Part shown: positions 1 through 12,723 of the stretch, one piece after another
How positions within the stretch are numbered: position 1 is the stretch's first letter
Layout: each line of letters opens with the position of its first letter
Assembly: GCA_002245135.1 (NCBI GenBank)
Contig: NGBS01000292.1
Span: 434,001-498,000, forward strand
Direction: 5' to 3'
DNA length: 64,000 nucleotides
Origin: Proteromonas lacertae
Lineage: Eukaryota
Notes under the pieces: generated by a model
Told to the model about the DNA's origin: nothing
The model's input: only the letters and a program-made list of their open reading frames with translations
Databases searched by the model: none
Position numbers and translations under genes: made by a program

Positions 1-750
1 AGAAAAGAAGTTGAACAAATAGATATGAGAGAAGATGTAATTGATTTTCATCAACAAAATGTAATTACTAAAGATACAGTTACAATAAAAGTAGATGCAT
101 TGGTATATTACAGAGTTACTGATCCTATAAGAGCAGTTTATAACATCAATAATTACCCAGATGCTATAGAATTCTTAACTCAAGCTACACTCCGTGATAT
201 ATTAGCGAATATGACGTTAGATGATACATTTTCATCGAGAGAAGAGATTAATAATCAATTATTGGATAGAGTAAGAGTAGATTGTGAAAGATGGGGAATA
301 TCCTTAACAAGGGTTGAAATATGTGATATAAATTTTGTTAAGTTAGGTGGTATAGATGTCACTGAAGCTTTAAAAAGTCAAATTACAGCTGAAAGAATGC
401 GTCGAAGCAAAGTATTAGAAGCTGAAGGTGATAAACTCTCACAGATTATTAGTAGTAGAGCTCAAGCTAATATTTTGATATTGAATGCTGAAGCTTATTA
501 TACTGAAAGGACTTTGAAGGCTGAAGGTAGTGCTGCTGCTCGATTAGCTGAAGCAGAAGCTGAAGCAAAGTCAATTACTATCTTATCAGAAGCATTGGAA
601 GGTACTGGTATTAAAGCTGCTGAATATTTGATCGTTATAAATTATTTGAAGGCATTGAAGGAAATGACTAGAAATGGTAGTGATAACAAGATTAAACTTA
701 TTCCAAGAGAAGATTTGGATATACTTGCGCATATCACTAAATTTAATTAA
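1..750 (+). CDS. SPFH/band-7 (stomatin-like) protein, 5' partial
   Basis: Frame is open from base 1. QNVITKDTVTIKVDALVYYRVTDP, TLRDILANMTLDDTFSSREEIN, WGISLTRVEI and AERMRRSKVLEAEG are typical stomatin/HflC-like segments. Confidence 0.9.
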   Translation, partial: RKEVEQIDMREDVIDFHQQNVITKDTVTIKVDALVYYRVTDPIRAVYNINNYPDAIEFLTQATLRDILANMTLDDTFSSREEINNQLLDRVRVDCERWGISLTRVEICDINFVKLGGIDVTEALKSQITAERMRRSKVLEAEGDKLSQIISSRAQANILILNAEAYYTERTLKAEGSAAARLAEAEAEAKSITILSEALEGTGIKAAEYLIVINYLKALKEMTRNGSDNKIKLIPREDLDILAHITKFN

Positions 751-839
751 GCATTATATGATTTGTTTATTTTCCATTCTTTTTTTTAAATTTGTGGTTA
801 AGATTTTTCGTTGAATTTTTGAATAACCATAATATTTGA

Positions 840-2250
840 ATGTCAGAATCTTCTGTTATTGGGGAGCCGTACCTACATTTGTTGAATTTTGGAGATGATT
901 ATGAAGTATATTATTTCAAGTTAATTGTAGATTTTAAATTTAGTTCCATCATCACCTGATTGTCTTTCTTTCAAAATTCACAATAAAAAGAAAGATAAGT
1001 ATCAAAGAATGAAAGTTATCAACCATAATAACAGCGACAGTAAGAGCAAAAAGTTTTTTTTAGGTACTATCGAGAATGTTGCATTATTGAACAATATGAA
1101 TATTGCATCATACACTACGACAAAATCATCAGATAATTTTCTTATCATAGTAATGCCTGAGTATAAATATTCGTTATCAAAAGTTAATACTGTTGATATG
1201 TTTGTAAGAACTAATGACTATCAAATTATAATAGATATATGCAATGCGCTAGATTCAATGCATTCATTCGAAATCATCAATGGAAATTTAAAACCCTCCA
1301 ATATCTTATTCAATCGATATGATGAAAGCTGTAATTATTTTATCTCCGATTATTGTCAACAGTTTATATATCTTTACGCATTAAACAAAAACCCATTTAC
1401 ACAAGATAATTTAAGATATAACAGTCCAGAGTTGTTAAAGAATAGAGAATTATCTTATAAATCTGATTTGTGGAGTATTGGATGTATAGTTGCTTATATT
1501 TTATTAAATAAGCATATATTTGATAGTAAAAACCTATACGATTTATTCACACAAATTATTGATGCAAAATATGATGATGATATAGTAAATGAACTGAGAA
1601 AGGTGGATGAAAGAATATATGAAAATATAATTAAGAAATTATTAGTGGTTGAACCAAATGAAAGATTGAATTTTGATGATATTCGAAAATTCTTTTTTAC
1701 AACCAAAAAGACAGATATTAATGATTTTCTTAACTCTATTGTATCAAGCCATAGTAATAGTAATAGTAACAATAACAATAATAAGAGTGTCTATATTGGT
1801 ATTAATTCAAGTGGTGAATATAAATTGAATGATCCAAAAATTGGAGATTATGGATTGGAATATTTATGTGATAATTTTAACAAAATGAACCATTTACAAA
1901 TCCTTGTGTTATATAATTGTGACATTACTACAATTGGCATAAGATTTTTAGCAAATTCTTTGAAGATTATACCTGAATTAAGACGATTGGAATTGCAAAA
2001 AAACAAAGTAGATGATGAAGGTGTGAATTTGATATGTAAAAATTTGAAGTATGTTAGTAAGTTAGAACAGTTGAATTTAGGTGAAAACCCAATAACAGAG
2101 AAAGGAATTGAGAAATTGAGTTATTCTCTCTGTAAATGCCCATATTTGTATTTATTGTTCTTATCTAATATTGATGTTAATAACAAGACCAAGACTAAAG
2201 AGAGAATAAAGACATTCCATCCAAATGTTAAATTATCAGTTTTCTTTTAA
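840..2250 (+). CDS. Pseudokinase with C-terminal RNI-like leucine-rich repeats
   Basis: ATG at 840, then a 25-nt GT-AG intron (~906-930) joining ORF 1009-2250. Kinase fold with NGNLKPSN (HRD lost), DYC in place of DFG, SPE and DLWSIGCI. LRRs such as IGDYGLEYL, LELQKNKVDDEGV and LNLGENPITEKG. Confidence 0.8.
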
Positions 2251-2773
2251 ATTTATTATCTCATATATACATTTTGTTTGTTTGTACATGAGATAGCTTT
2301 TATGAAATAATCGATATTCTTATCAGTTTAGAGTTAATGCAGAGTTTAAATGAATTGAAAGAAGTTGCGCTTATATTTGTATAACAGTTATTTATATTTA
2401 TAAAAAATATTACATATATTTGGTATATAATCACTCATATAATAGTCTTTATCAATCAACAACTTAAATCTAATAAAATAGATGCTTCATCAAAATAGTA
2501 TATGTATTCATTAAGCTGTTATTATGTAATCCATGGTATAGCATATATTCTGCTGAGTTAAATTTTGTACGATTTTCCTAATACAGTCATGATGTTCTAT
2601 TTTCTTGTATATATAAAAAATATTATGCTTATTATTTCAATAACCCATTTTATAAATGTAGTTTGAAAGCTTGGTGATGAAAAAAATGCTAATTACTATT
2701 TTGACTCATCATTTTTGGTCATTGACACAAATTACAGTTACATAAAAAGTCGTTATTTTCATTATATAAAATA

Positions 2774-5700
2774 ATGTCTGACGAGGAACCAGAGAAAGTG
2801 GTTGAAATGACAGATAATCCTGAGCCTCAGGAAGCTCCACCTGCTGAGCCAGCTCCAGAAAATCCTACAGAAGAAATGAAAGTAGAAGATTTTGAAAAGA
2901 AGGATGAGGAAGAGCCACCAGCTGAAGCTGAATCAGAGAAAGAAAAGGAACATGAAGCTGAACCAGTTGCTGCAGAACCTGAACCTGCTAAAGAGAAAGA
3001 AACACCTACAGAATTAACAAAAGAGACTTCATTGAAAAATCTACCACAAGTAGTAGTAACACCAGATATATCAAATGTAGAAGTATCATCAATATATCTT
3101 ATTAACTTTCATAGAAATGGAAATTTACTTCAGAAGATCTAAGTGCACCAAATGCAGAACATCCCAACAATCTATTTGATTGGCAAGCTAAGGAAGGTAA
3201 GACTCTAGTGTCTGTAGGTGGTGTAGAAGCAGTTGCTAAGAGTTTGGGAACTGATTTAGAAAAAGGTTTAACCACAGCAGATGTAAACGATCCAAAGAGA
3301 CTTGAGCTGTATGGTAAAAATGAAATAGCTGAATCTGATCCAGTAACATATTGTGAATTAATTTGGGAAGGATTACAAGATGTGACATTAATTGTCTTAA
3401 TTGTCGCTGCTTTAGTATCTATTGTTACTGGTGGTATATCAGAAGGTTGGGATATGGGTTGGCTAGATGGTGTATGTATTATTGTAGCTGTAATGTTGGT
3501 ATTGAACGTATCAGCTGTCAATGATTATCAAAAAGATAGACAATTCAGAAAACTAAACCAAGAAAACGACAAGATGATTCCTTACAAGGTAATAAGAGAT
3601 GGAACCGAACATATTTTAACAAAATCTGATATTGTTGTTGGTGATTTAATGATTATCTCATCAGGTGATACAGTCCCAGCAGATTGTATATATGCATCAG
3701 GAGATAATGTAAAGATGGATGAATCAAAATTAACAGGTGAATCTGATGAAATGAAAAAAGACAAAGAACATCCGTTCATTGTATCAAGTTCAGAATGTCA
3801 TAATGGTAGAATGAGATGTGTTGTTGTAGCAGTTGGTGAAAACTCAGTAATTGGTAAAATGAGAGCGTTATTAGGTGGAAATGATGATCCAACTCCATTA
3901 CAACAGAAATTAGAAGTTTTAACTTCACAAATCTCAATTCTTGGTGCTATAGTTGGTGTATTGACATTTTTAGTGATGCTAATTATCCATGTAGCTGAAT
4001 ATTTCAATAAAGATGGTACAGTTGATGAAAATGGAGATCCGCATTGGTCATCTTCTAATTGGTCTGATTTATTATCATATCTTATAATTGGTGTAACAAT
4101 TTTAGTCGTGGCTATTCCAGAAGGTTTACCATTAGCTGTAACTATTGCTTTAGCTTATTCAGTAAAGAGAATGATGAAAGATAATAATTTAGTTAGACAT
4201 TTAAATGCATGTGAAACTATGGGTGGTGCTAATACAATTTGTAGTGATAAAACTGGTACTTTAACCTTAGGTAAAATGACAGTTATTAGATCATGGGTAT
4301 TAGATGATAGAGGTGATGATCATAGTAAATTATTAGGAGAAGAAGTCGACAGAAATGGCTTTTACGAACAGTGTAAAAACTTACCCGATGACTTGAAGGA
4401 GAAGATTATTGAAAATGCATGTTTGAATAATGATGCTGTTATGGTTGAAGCTGAAGATGGATCAATCAAATCAACAGGTAGTGCTGTAGATATTGCATTA
4501 TTGAATTGGGCAAAAGCTATTGGAATTGATTATAAAGAAATGAGAAGCACATTCCCAAGATTGAATAAAGAAGATGCTGAAAATACAACAAGTAAAGGAA
4601 TTGTATTTGCAAATGCATTCCACAGTGATAGAAAGAGATCATCAGTAGTTGTAAGATTACCAGATGGTAAATATAGAATCTATGTAAAAGGTGCTCCAGA
4701 AATGTTATTGAGATTATGTAATGATACCTTATCTGCAACAGGTAGAAAAGCTGAATTAACAGGTTCATTTAGTGAAGAAAAGGATCAAGATGGACATCGA
4801 ATGGGTAATGGTTCAAGACTACGTACATATGAGAGTATTATTATTCCAATGTGTTCAACTGGTTTAAGAGTGATTGGTTTAGCATATAGAGACTTTGAAA
4901 CTCCTGAAGATTGGACTAAAACAATAACATTTAAAACAGAAGAACAAAAAGGAACAGGCCAATGTCCAGCTGCTGAAACTGATATGACATTATTAGGATT
5001 TATTGGTGTACAAGATCCTCCAAGAGAAGAAGTGCCAGACAGTGTTCGAAAGTGTCAAAAAGCAGGTATTTATGTAAGAATGGTAACTGGTGATTCTTTA
5101 GAAACAGCAAAAGCAATAGCTAAACAGATTGGAATTTATCATCCTCAAGGTGATGTTGAATTAAATATTCCACCAGGTATTTGTATTGAAGGTCCAGTAT
5201 TTCGAGAGATAGTTGGTGGTTTAGTATTACCACCACATTTTGACCATGAATGTCATTGTCAAGATTATAGTACTCATCCTCAATTCAAACAAGATTATAA
5301 AACTCCAGAATATCCTATTCATTTTGGTTATTCGTCAATAGTAGGTCATAAAGATGAAAGATGTGCAGACTGGACAGCTGATGTAGTAAGTAAGAGAGGT
5401 GATAAATGTACTGATGAATGTAAACAAAGAGGTTGTAGAAAACAAATGAAACATCCAAAAGATAAAACTGAAGAACAACAATATTATATAGTAAAGAATC
5501 AAGCTGCATTTGATCAATATGTTTCAACATTACAAGTGATGGCTAGATCTGCTCCAACTGATAAACATTTACTAGTTACTGGTTTAATGGAAAGAAGACA
5601 AGTGGTTGCTGTAACTGGTGATGGTACAAATGATGCTCCTGCTTTAAGTAAATCAAATGTAGGTTTTGCTATGGGTATAGCTGGTACATCTGTAGCTAAA

Positions 5701-6570
5701 GATGCTTGTGATATTATCTTGATGGATGATAATTTCACATCAATTGTAAAGGCAGTAATGTGGGGAAGAAATGTCTATGATGGAATAAGAAAGTTCTTAC
5801 AATTTCAGCTAACAATCAATTTAGGTGCTTTAGCTTTAGCATTTGTATGTGCTTGTTCAATCAAAGAAAGTCCATTGAATGCAATTCAAATGTTATGGGT
5901 AAATCTAATAATGGATACATTTGCTTCATTAGCTTTAGCAACTGAATTACCAACTGAAGCATTATTAAATCGAAAACCATATAAACGAGATGATTCTTTA
6001 ATCTCCAATGTAATGTTACGAAATATTATTGGCCATTTCATCTATCAATTTGCAATTTTGATGTTTTTAGTATTTTTAGGTCCTGATTTATTAGGAATTC
6101 CAATTGGTACAACATTAGGCCATTCAGCTGCTCCAACTCAACATTTGACAATCGTATTTCATTCTTTTGTATTAATGCAATGTTTCAATGAAGTAAATGC
6201 TCGAAAAATCGATAATTCTCGAAATATATTTGCAAATATTGGTACTAGTTACATGTTTATTTGTATTGTAATTTGTACAACAGGTGTTCAATTCCTTATT
6301 GCTCATTTTGGTGATATTGTTTTTGGCTGTAAATCCTTAACAGGTGCTCAACATGGTGTTTGTATAATAATTGGATTTATGGAAATGGTTGTTTGTCAAT
6401 TATTAATATTTATTCCTCCTACATGGTTCCCTGATATGGGTGCGAAAGAATCTGGTGAAGAATTCCAACCCAATTTTATAATTCGAGCAAAATCTTCTAG
6501 TCGTCGAGTTTCTCAAATGACTCGTAAATCGAGTGAACAACCTGGTTTAGTTCGAATCTTTACTCATTGA
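2774..6570 (+). CDS. PMCA: Plasma-membrane Ca2+-ATPase (P2B, PMCA-type)
   Basis: Acidic N-terminal exon, a 32-nt intron (~3083-3114), then LTGES, VAIPEGLPLAVT, CSDKTGTLT, KGAPE, MVTGD, VTGDGTNDAPAL and LWVNLIMDT motifs. Confidence 0.95.
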
Positions 6571-7124
6571 CAATAAAATTAGAAATGTAAAGTTTAAAAA
6601 ATAAAATTGTAAAAGAGTTTTTCAATAGTTTATTATATTATCTTATCTACTTATAATTGTTTATATGTATTGGTTTTAAAATAAAAATAGTGAAACGACT
6701 AAATTTCTAAATAGAATTTAACAATGCTTTTGTTTTTTTCTAATAAGATGATATCATCCATTCTTTCATGTTATAATGAAGTATATTTATTAATTTATGT
6801 TTATTAATAAAATAAAGTCTACGTAAATTTATTATTCCATATTTTTCACTAATATCGATTGATGGATAATGGAAAGGAAAGAAAATTATTTGGCACAGTA
6901 ATACAAAAGAAAACAAAAGGAGATAAACAGCTATAAAATCATCAACAAAATAATTATCTAATGTAAAGAAATTGCATAATATTACCATTTCTTAATTCAA
7001 CTACATTCTATATACATCAATAAATATAAAATAAGTATAATGATTAAGGATGAAAATAAGATTTTAATTATTTGGGGATTTTCAATTTAACCAAAATTTT
7101 GATAAAATCTTTAATCTTTCTAAA

Positions 7125-10100
7125 ATGAATTGCATTGATGAAATATTGTCACAATATGAAGTATTTAAGTTTATTTAATTATTTAGATTAATAAAAGAGC
7201 CGAAAAGAGTGGTTCTGAAGTAGATTTGGTTGTGAAAGATGAAGATACAATGAAAACGGTGAAAATCCTAAATATTACTGAAGTAGATGAACAGAGAGTA
7301 TTAAAGTTATTGTGAAAATAACTCGTTGCTCTTATATTGTTGTTCATATTTGGATATATCCAACCCAAATGCAGTTTTTCGGGTGTAATACAATAGTATT
7401 AGAGAGAAAATACTACGAGAATGATTTGGAAGAGATAATTCAAAGTCAAATCCTTATCAAGTGATAGTATTAATAGTATAATATGTGGTTTGTGTAATAT
7501 CCTTATAATAATGAATGAAAATGATGTAATGGTTGATAATTTGAAGAGCAGCAATGTAATGTATGAAGAGAATTGTGATATAAAGTTATGTGATTTGTTT
7601 TTAAACACATTGAGAATAGAAGAAATTAAAGTGTATGATGTATGTTTTAAATCTCCAGAAGAGTTGAATGGATTAGAATGTAATGAAAAAAGTGTGATTT
7701 GGTCAATTGGCTGTATATTATATGAAATGATTTGTAAGAAATTACCATTTAATGAAGATAATAATATATTTAAGACAATGAATAACATTCTGAGATGTAA
7801 ATACAGTTTAGATGAAAAATGTGATGATTTAATGAAAGAGATGATATTCAGAATGTTAAAAGTGAAGAGTGAAGATAGATTAAGTTTAATAGAGTTGAAG
7901 AAAGAGATGATAAAAATGAGTGAAATATTAAAAGATGAAGATAATGATTTGATAATATGTGGTGAAAGAAAAGAGGTGTTATTTAATCATGATAATGCAA
8001 TAATTATTTCACTTCCAATAATATTTCCATCAGAATATTACCTTGATTGTAAAAAATGGAAAGTAATGAGAGAAATATTGATAGAATCATATAACTGTAA
8101 ACCAAATTTAAGAATACTATCACTATTATTGAAGATGAAACTATTCAAAAACAGAAAAATTTATACAGATGATTGTGATTATGATAATGATAGTAATAAT
8201 AGTGAATGTAATGAAAATGGATTAACAAATAATATATTAATATTTCAAAATCAACACAGATGTAAAGAGAATGGAAAATGTTATTTAGATAAAATGATAT
8301 TCGAAATTTATGGTAATATTAAAAAAGAATAAAAATTAATCATAAATGTATTTGTTTATGTGAAGAAGGAATTAAATATTTCTTCAGAATGTTAGAAATG
8401 ATAAATCCAACAAAACTCGAATTTGGTATAATTCTAATCATTCTTATATATATAGGCGATGAAGATCTTAGAATTCCAATTCAACAACAGCCATTGTTTG
8501 TATCATTATTAACTCAATTATCTGATTTGCATGAATTAGATTTATGTAATTGTAGCCTGACTTCCATTTTCATTGAATTATTTGTTAAATCAATTTCAAT
8601 GATAAAATTAAAATACATAAATGTTTCATGTATTTGTTATTCTCTATATTTTATTGTAATAGCTAATCCAATTGGTGGAAAAGGATTGAAATTGTTAATT
8701 CCACATATACATTTATTAATCAGCAAGAATAATGAGTTGAATCTTAATGGAATGAATTTGGATAATGAATCAATGATATTATTATCAGATGAATTATCTA
8801 AATATCCAAATATTCAGAAGATTGATATTAATAAAAACAAAAATATTAATGCAAAAGGATTAAAAGCTTTATTCTTCAAATTTCCAATTTCAAAAATGGA
8901 ATTTGATTTTAATCGAAAAAGTAAAGAATTACTGATTGATAAAGACATTCCAGAATTTATGAAATACATTAAAGATAATAATTTAAGTAATTTAGAAATT
9001 GACGATGATATTTTCAAATCATTCATTTCATTAAGATTGAATGAATTGAAAGAAATAGAAGAGTTAGATTTGAGTAGTATATTTTGATATATTTCTATTA
9101 TCTAGATAATAAACTAACATATAAAAGTATAGAAATACTGATTGCCAATTCATCTTCATTTTCAAATCTTGAAAGACTTTATTTGGATGGAAATGCTATT
9201 GGAGATGATGGTATGAGAATATTATCTCCATATTTACATTTAATTAATGATCATACAATGAATTGTTCAAGTATAATAATAATTGTTATTTTATCATATT
9301 TAATAGAAACTGGATTATCTTCAGTAGGATTGAAATACTTAGTTGATGGTTTAAAGAATATGAAAGAAGAGATATACAGACTTGATATAAGTAATAATAA
9401 TATAGATTCAGATGGAATTGAATATTTGATGAATTACAGAAATAAACAAAAGATGGCCAATGAACTTAATATTACATGGTATTTATCTTAGTTTTATATT
9501 TTAATAATAGCATAATCCAATAGGTAATGTTGGATTTAAATTATTATTGGGTAAACTAAAGAGATTATCATCTGATAGATAAACTGAACTTGAGTAATAT
9601 CTCAATAGATGATGAAAGTGCAATATTATTAGCAAGTGAATTAGATTCAATGAGAAGTTATAGAATAATAAATCTAAAAGGAAATAATATTGGAATGGAA
9701 GGTTTAAAAGAAATCTGTTCAATATCATTGAAAAAAAAGCATTATCCATTGGTTGTTATGAATAATCCATCGTGGACAAATAAAGAATTGAGATATTATG
9801 TGAATTACTGTTTTAAAAAAGAAAAAAAAGATGATAATCATTTGAACAAATATGATTTTTCAAGTATAAAATCTGTAATTGTAAATAAATAGATCTAAAT
9901 CTGGATAATTCTCATATATCGATCATTAAAAAGATTCAATATTGGAAACTTAATTTATCTAATAATGATCTTAATTCAGAAGGCTTATATGATTTAATAG
10001 ATAATGTGATAAACGATTCAACATATATTTCGATATTTAATAATCCAATTGGAGATGATGGAGTTGAAATAATATGTAAACATTTAGATAAATTTGTTAA

Positions 10101-10482
10101 ATACAGATTATGAATATAACCTTATATCATTAAATCTCTCATGTATTTATATGGATATAATATATATAATATTGCATAGATATAAGAATGAATGAAAAAG
10201 GATTAAAAATGTTGGTAGAAAGATTAAAAGAATATAAACCATTATCAATAATAGATATATCAAGAAATGAATTAGATGAAAGTGAATTAAGGATTGATAA
10301 TAGAAAACAAAGAAGTATTTGATTGTTTAGATGAATTATCAATAACAGTAAAAAAGAATATAGATAAATCTCTATTAAAATCATTTTTAGAAACATTTTC
10401 ATCAATTGGAAGAATAAAATTGGATGGAATATCAGAAGAAGAAAAGAAAGAATTATCAAAAGAATTCTTAAATATTGAATAG
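7125..10482 (+). pseudogene. Pseudokinase-LRR gene, multiply frameshifted (pseudogene or assembly errors)
   Basis: Kinase-like ORF 7490-8332 (VDNLKSSN, KLCDLF, SPEE, IWSIGCILYEM) followed by many RNI-type LRR exons (NAIGDDGMRIL, NNIDSDGIEYL, NNIGMEGLKEI). Frame breaks near 7310-7400, 8325, 9575 and 10290 are not explained by introns. Confidence 0.65.
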
Positions 10483-10605
10483 TGAAAATTATTATATAAA
10501 GAAAAAAAGAATAGCATGAAGATTAATTATTTGAATTTACCTTATTTTTTTGTTTTAAACAAACCGCTCATTCTACTCCACATCTATTTAATAAAATACT
10601 AATAA

Positions 10606-11431
10606 TTATACACTTTTCTTTTCATTTTTATCTTTACAACAACATTTTTCTTTCTTCTCATCACATTTTTCGCATTTTTCTTTTCCATCATTCTTACAAC
10701 ATTTTTCTTTTCTACATTCACAATTACTGTCATTATGTTTTTCACATTTACACTTTTCTTCTCCACATACTGCATTTGTCTCTGGTTGGCATGTACATTT
10801 CTTACCTTTTTCACACTTACAGTTTTCTCCACATTTACATGTCTCACTTCCACATTTCTTACATTTTTTTGAACCAACTAATTTTTTATACTTACGATGA
10901 TTTGGATTAACTCTATCATCACATGTATGTAACTATTTCATAATATTATCATACAAATATACATTCCAGTTGTTGTTTAAGAATTGATCTTGATAAGCTT
11001 CATATATACGAGTATTAACAGGTCCATAAGTAACGAATCCTTCTGGATTTGGTGAATTATTCCAAAAATACCTTCTAGTTGCACATAAACAACCAATTGT
11101 TCCATAAGGTTTGTATGGTTCTTGGGCAATATTTCCAAGCATTTCATTAGAATACCATGGATAAGTCATATGAGTAAGAGATTCTGAACAGTTAGCAATA
11201 TTTGCTTTATCTTTTTGTCCACAGAGTAATGATGGTTGATTTGACTGTAATTCTAATTGTTGATTAAATTGCAATAACTTCTTTTCATCATTTGGTAATA
11301 GTTTTCTATCTACAGAAATTGGGAATGAATGAACTATCAATAAAGCATAATACTTGCAATATACCTGCAAAACATCTGCATAAATTGATTGATTGTGGTC
11401 TAACGAAGGTTTTACAAGCAATACTCAACAT
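10606..11431 (-). CDS. Uncharacterised protein with presequence-like N-terminus and Cys-rich metallothionein-like C-terminal tail
   Basis: Three exons joined in frame by a 31-nt (~11334-11364) and a 30-nt (10933-10962) GT-AG intron. Last exon 10932-10606 reads ...KKCKKCGSETCKCGENCKCEKGKKCTC...KCCCKDKNEKKSV*. Confidence 0.75.
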
Positions 11432-11542
11432 ATCAAGAAATAGAAGAAAAGAAGAAAAAAAATAATCGTTACTTTTTAGTCCAATCATAGTTAATTAAAA
11501 TAAAACAAAAAAACAACATCTTTGAAATAAATAATGAACGAA

Positions 11543-12634
11543 TTAATTTCTATTTACATGCAAAAGCATCCTCAATGTATCATTTATAGTAAAACTAATT
11601 CCTAAGGCAATCGGCCCTTTAATCCAATTAAGCGAAACACCTTTCCACAATCCACGCAAACTTTCAGTTTGAAACACATGCTTCAATGTCTAAAATGATA
11701 TAAAAATATAAAATATAAATATATATATGTATACTTTCAAAATTGTAGTGTAATACTTTTTAGTATCATATGTTTGAGTATTTGCATTGAAAAATCCATC
11801 CGTTTGTAATCTTCTCCTCACAATATCTAAAGGGTAAGTAGCTGTTTGTGCTATTAATGCTGCTAAAGCACCACAAATAAACCTCTGAAATGGATTAAGT
11901 GATTTACCTGTTCTATCACCTAACAACTGTTTTGATGTTTCAAATGTCATCCAACTAAGACCAGCATAAGGTATTTCACCTAATAATGCAGGAGACATAC
12001 CGTTATAAAGTGATTTCCAACCTTCAGTTTTAATCATCATTTTTATTGCTTGAAATATGTTTTTGTATTTCATTTCTTTTGGTTGAATTGCCATTCTTGC
12101 ACGAGTGAGATCTAATGGGTAGGTTATTGCTACTGATGTTGCACCTGCTGCGGATCCTGCTATAAACCTCTGAAGGGGAGTTAATGGGATAGTATCTTTG
12201 GGTTGTAGGAATCTACTGAACAAATCGAATAATAAATAATGAAATCCTGCATAGGGAAATACACGGATTACTGTTGCACTGTTACCTTTCCATAATCCCT
12301 TCCATCCTTCTTCAAAGTAAATAGTTTTCATTTGTTGAAAACATTTCCTGTATGTGAATTTTGTATGAGATACCTAGATGAATATGATATTAAAATTAAA
12401 AATACTTGGAATATTATTTTCACTCGATCTAAAGGAGCAATTGCTGATTTTGATATTATGCCAGCCACCGCTCCTGCCAAGTATGATTTTGTAAAAAATG
12501 CCATAAGGGCAGAAACAGAAGAGGTTGATGAAAAAAGTGTAGATTTTATCTAAATCACATAATAAATAATAAATATATACAGTTGGTTGTTTATTTTGCT
12601 TGCTAGAATTATTAAATTTATGATTACATGACAT
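11543..12634 (-). CDS. Mitochondrial carrier family protein (SLC25A42/Leu5-like CoA carrier)
   Basis: Three PxD/ExxK/R signatures (APLDRVK, YPLDLTR, YPLDIVR), plus GLWKGNSATVIRVFPYA and WKGVSLNWIKGPIA. Three short introns. Confidence 0.85.
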
Positions 12635-12723
12635 TATGACATGAAGAAAAGACAAAATTATTTTGGGTGTATGAAAAATTGTTTTGGTTTGTTTATTTCA
12701 GCGTGTTTTAACAGTCAAATAGA

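Noticed and set aside
2250..2290. Blastocystis-type stop codons created by polyadenylation (TGTTTGTT at ~2275)
   Set aside because: The motif is present downstream of this gene, but every gene end traced here has a genomic stop codon, so no case can be supported.
10599..10877. 92-aa V/N/K-rich ORF from the track
   Set aside because: It is the wrong frame of the Cys-rich last exon. Splicing of the 30-nt intron selects the Cys frame.
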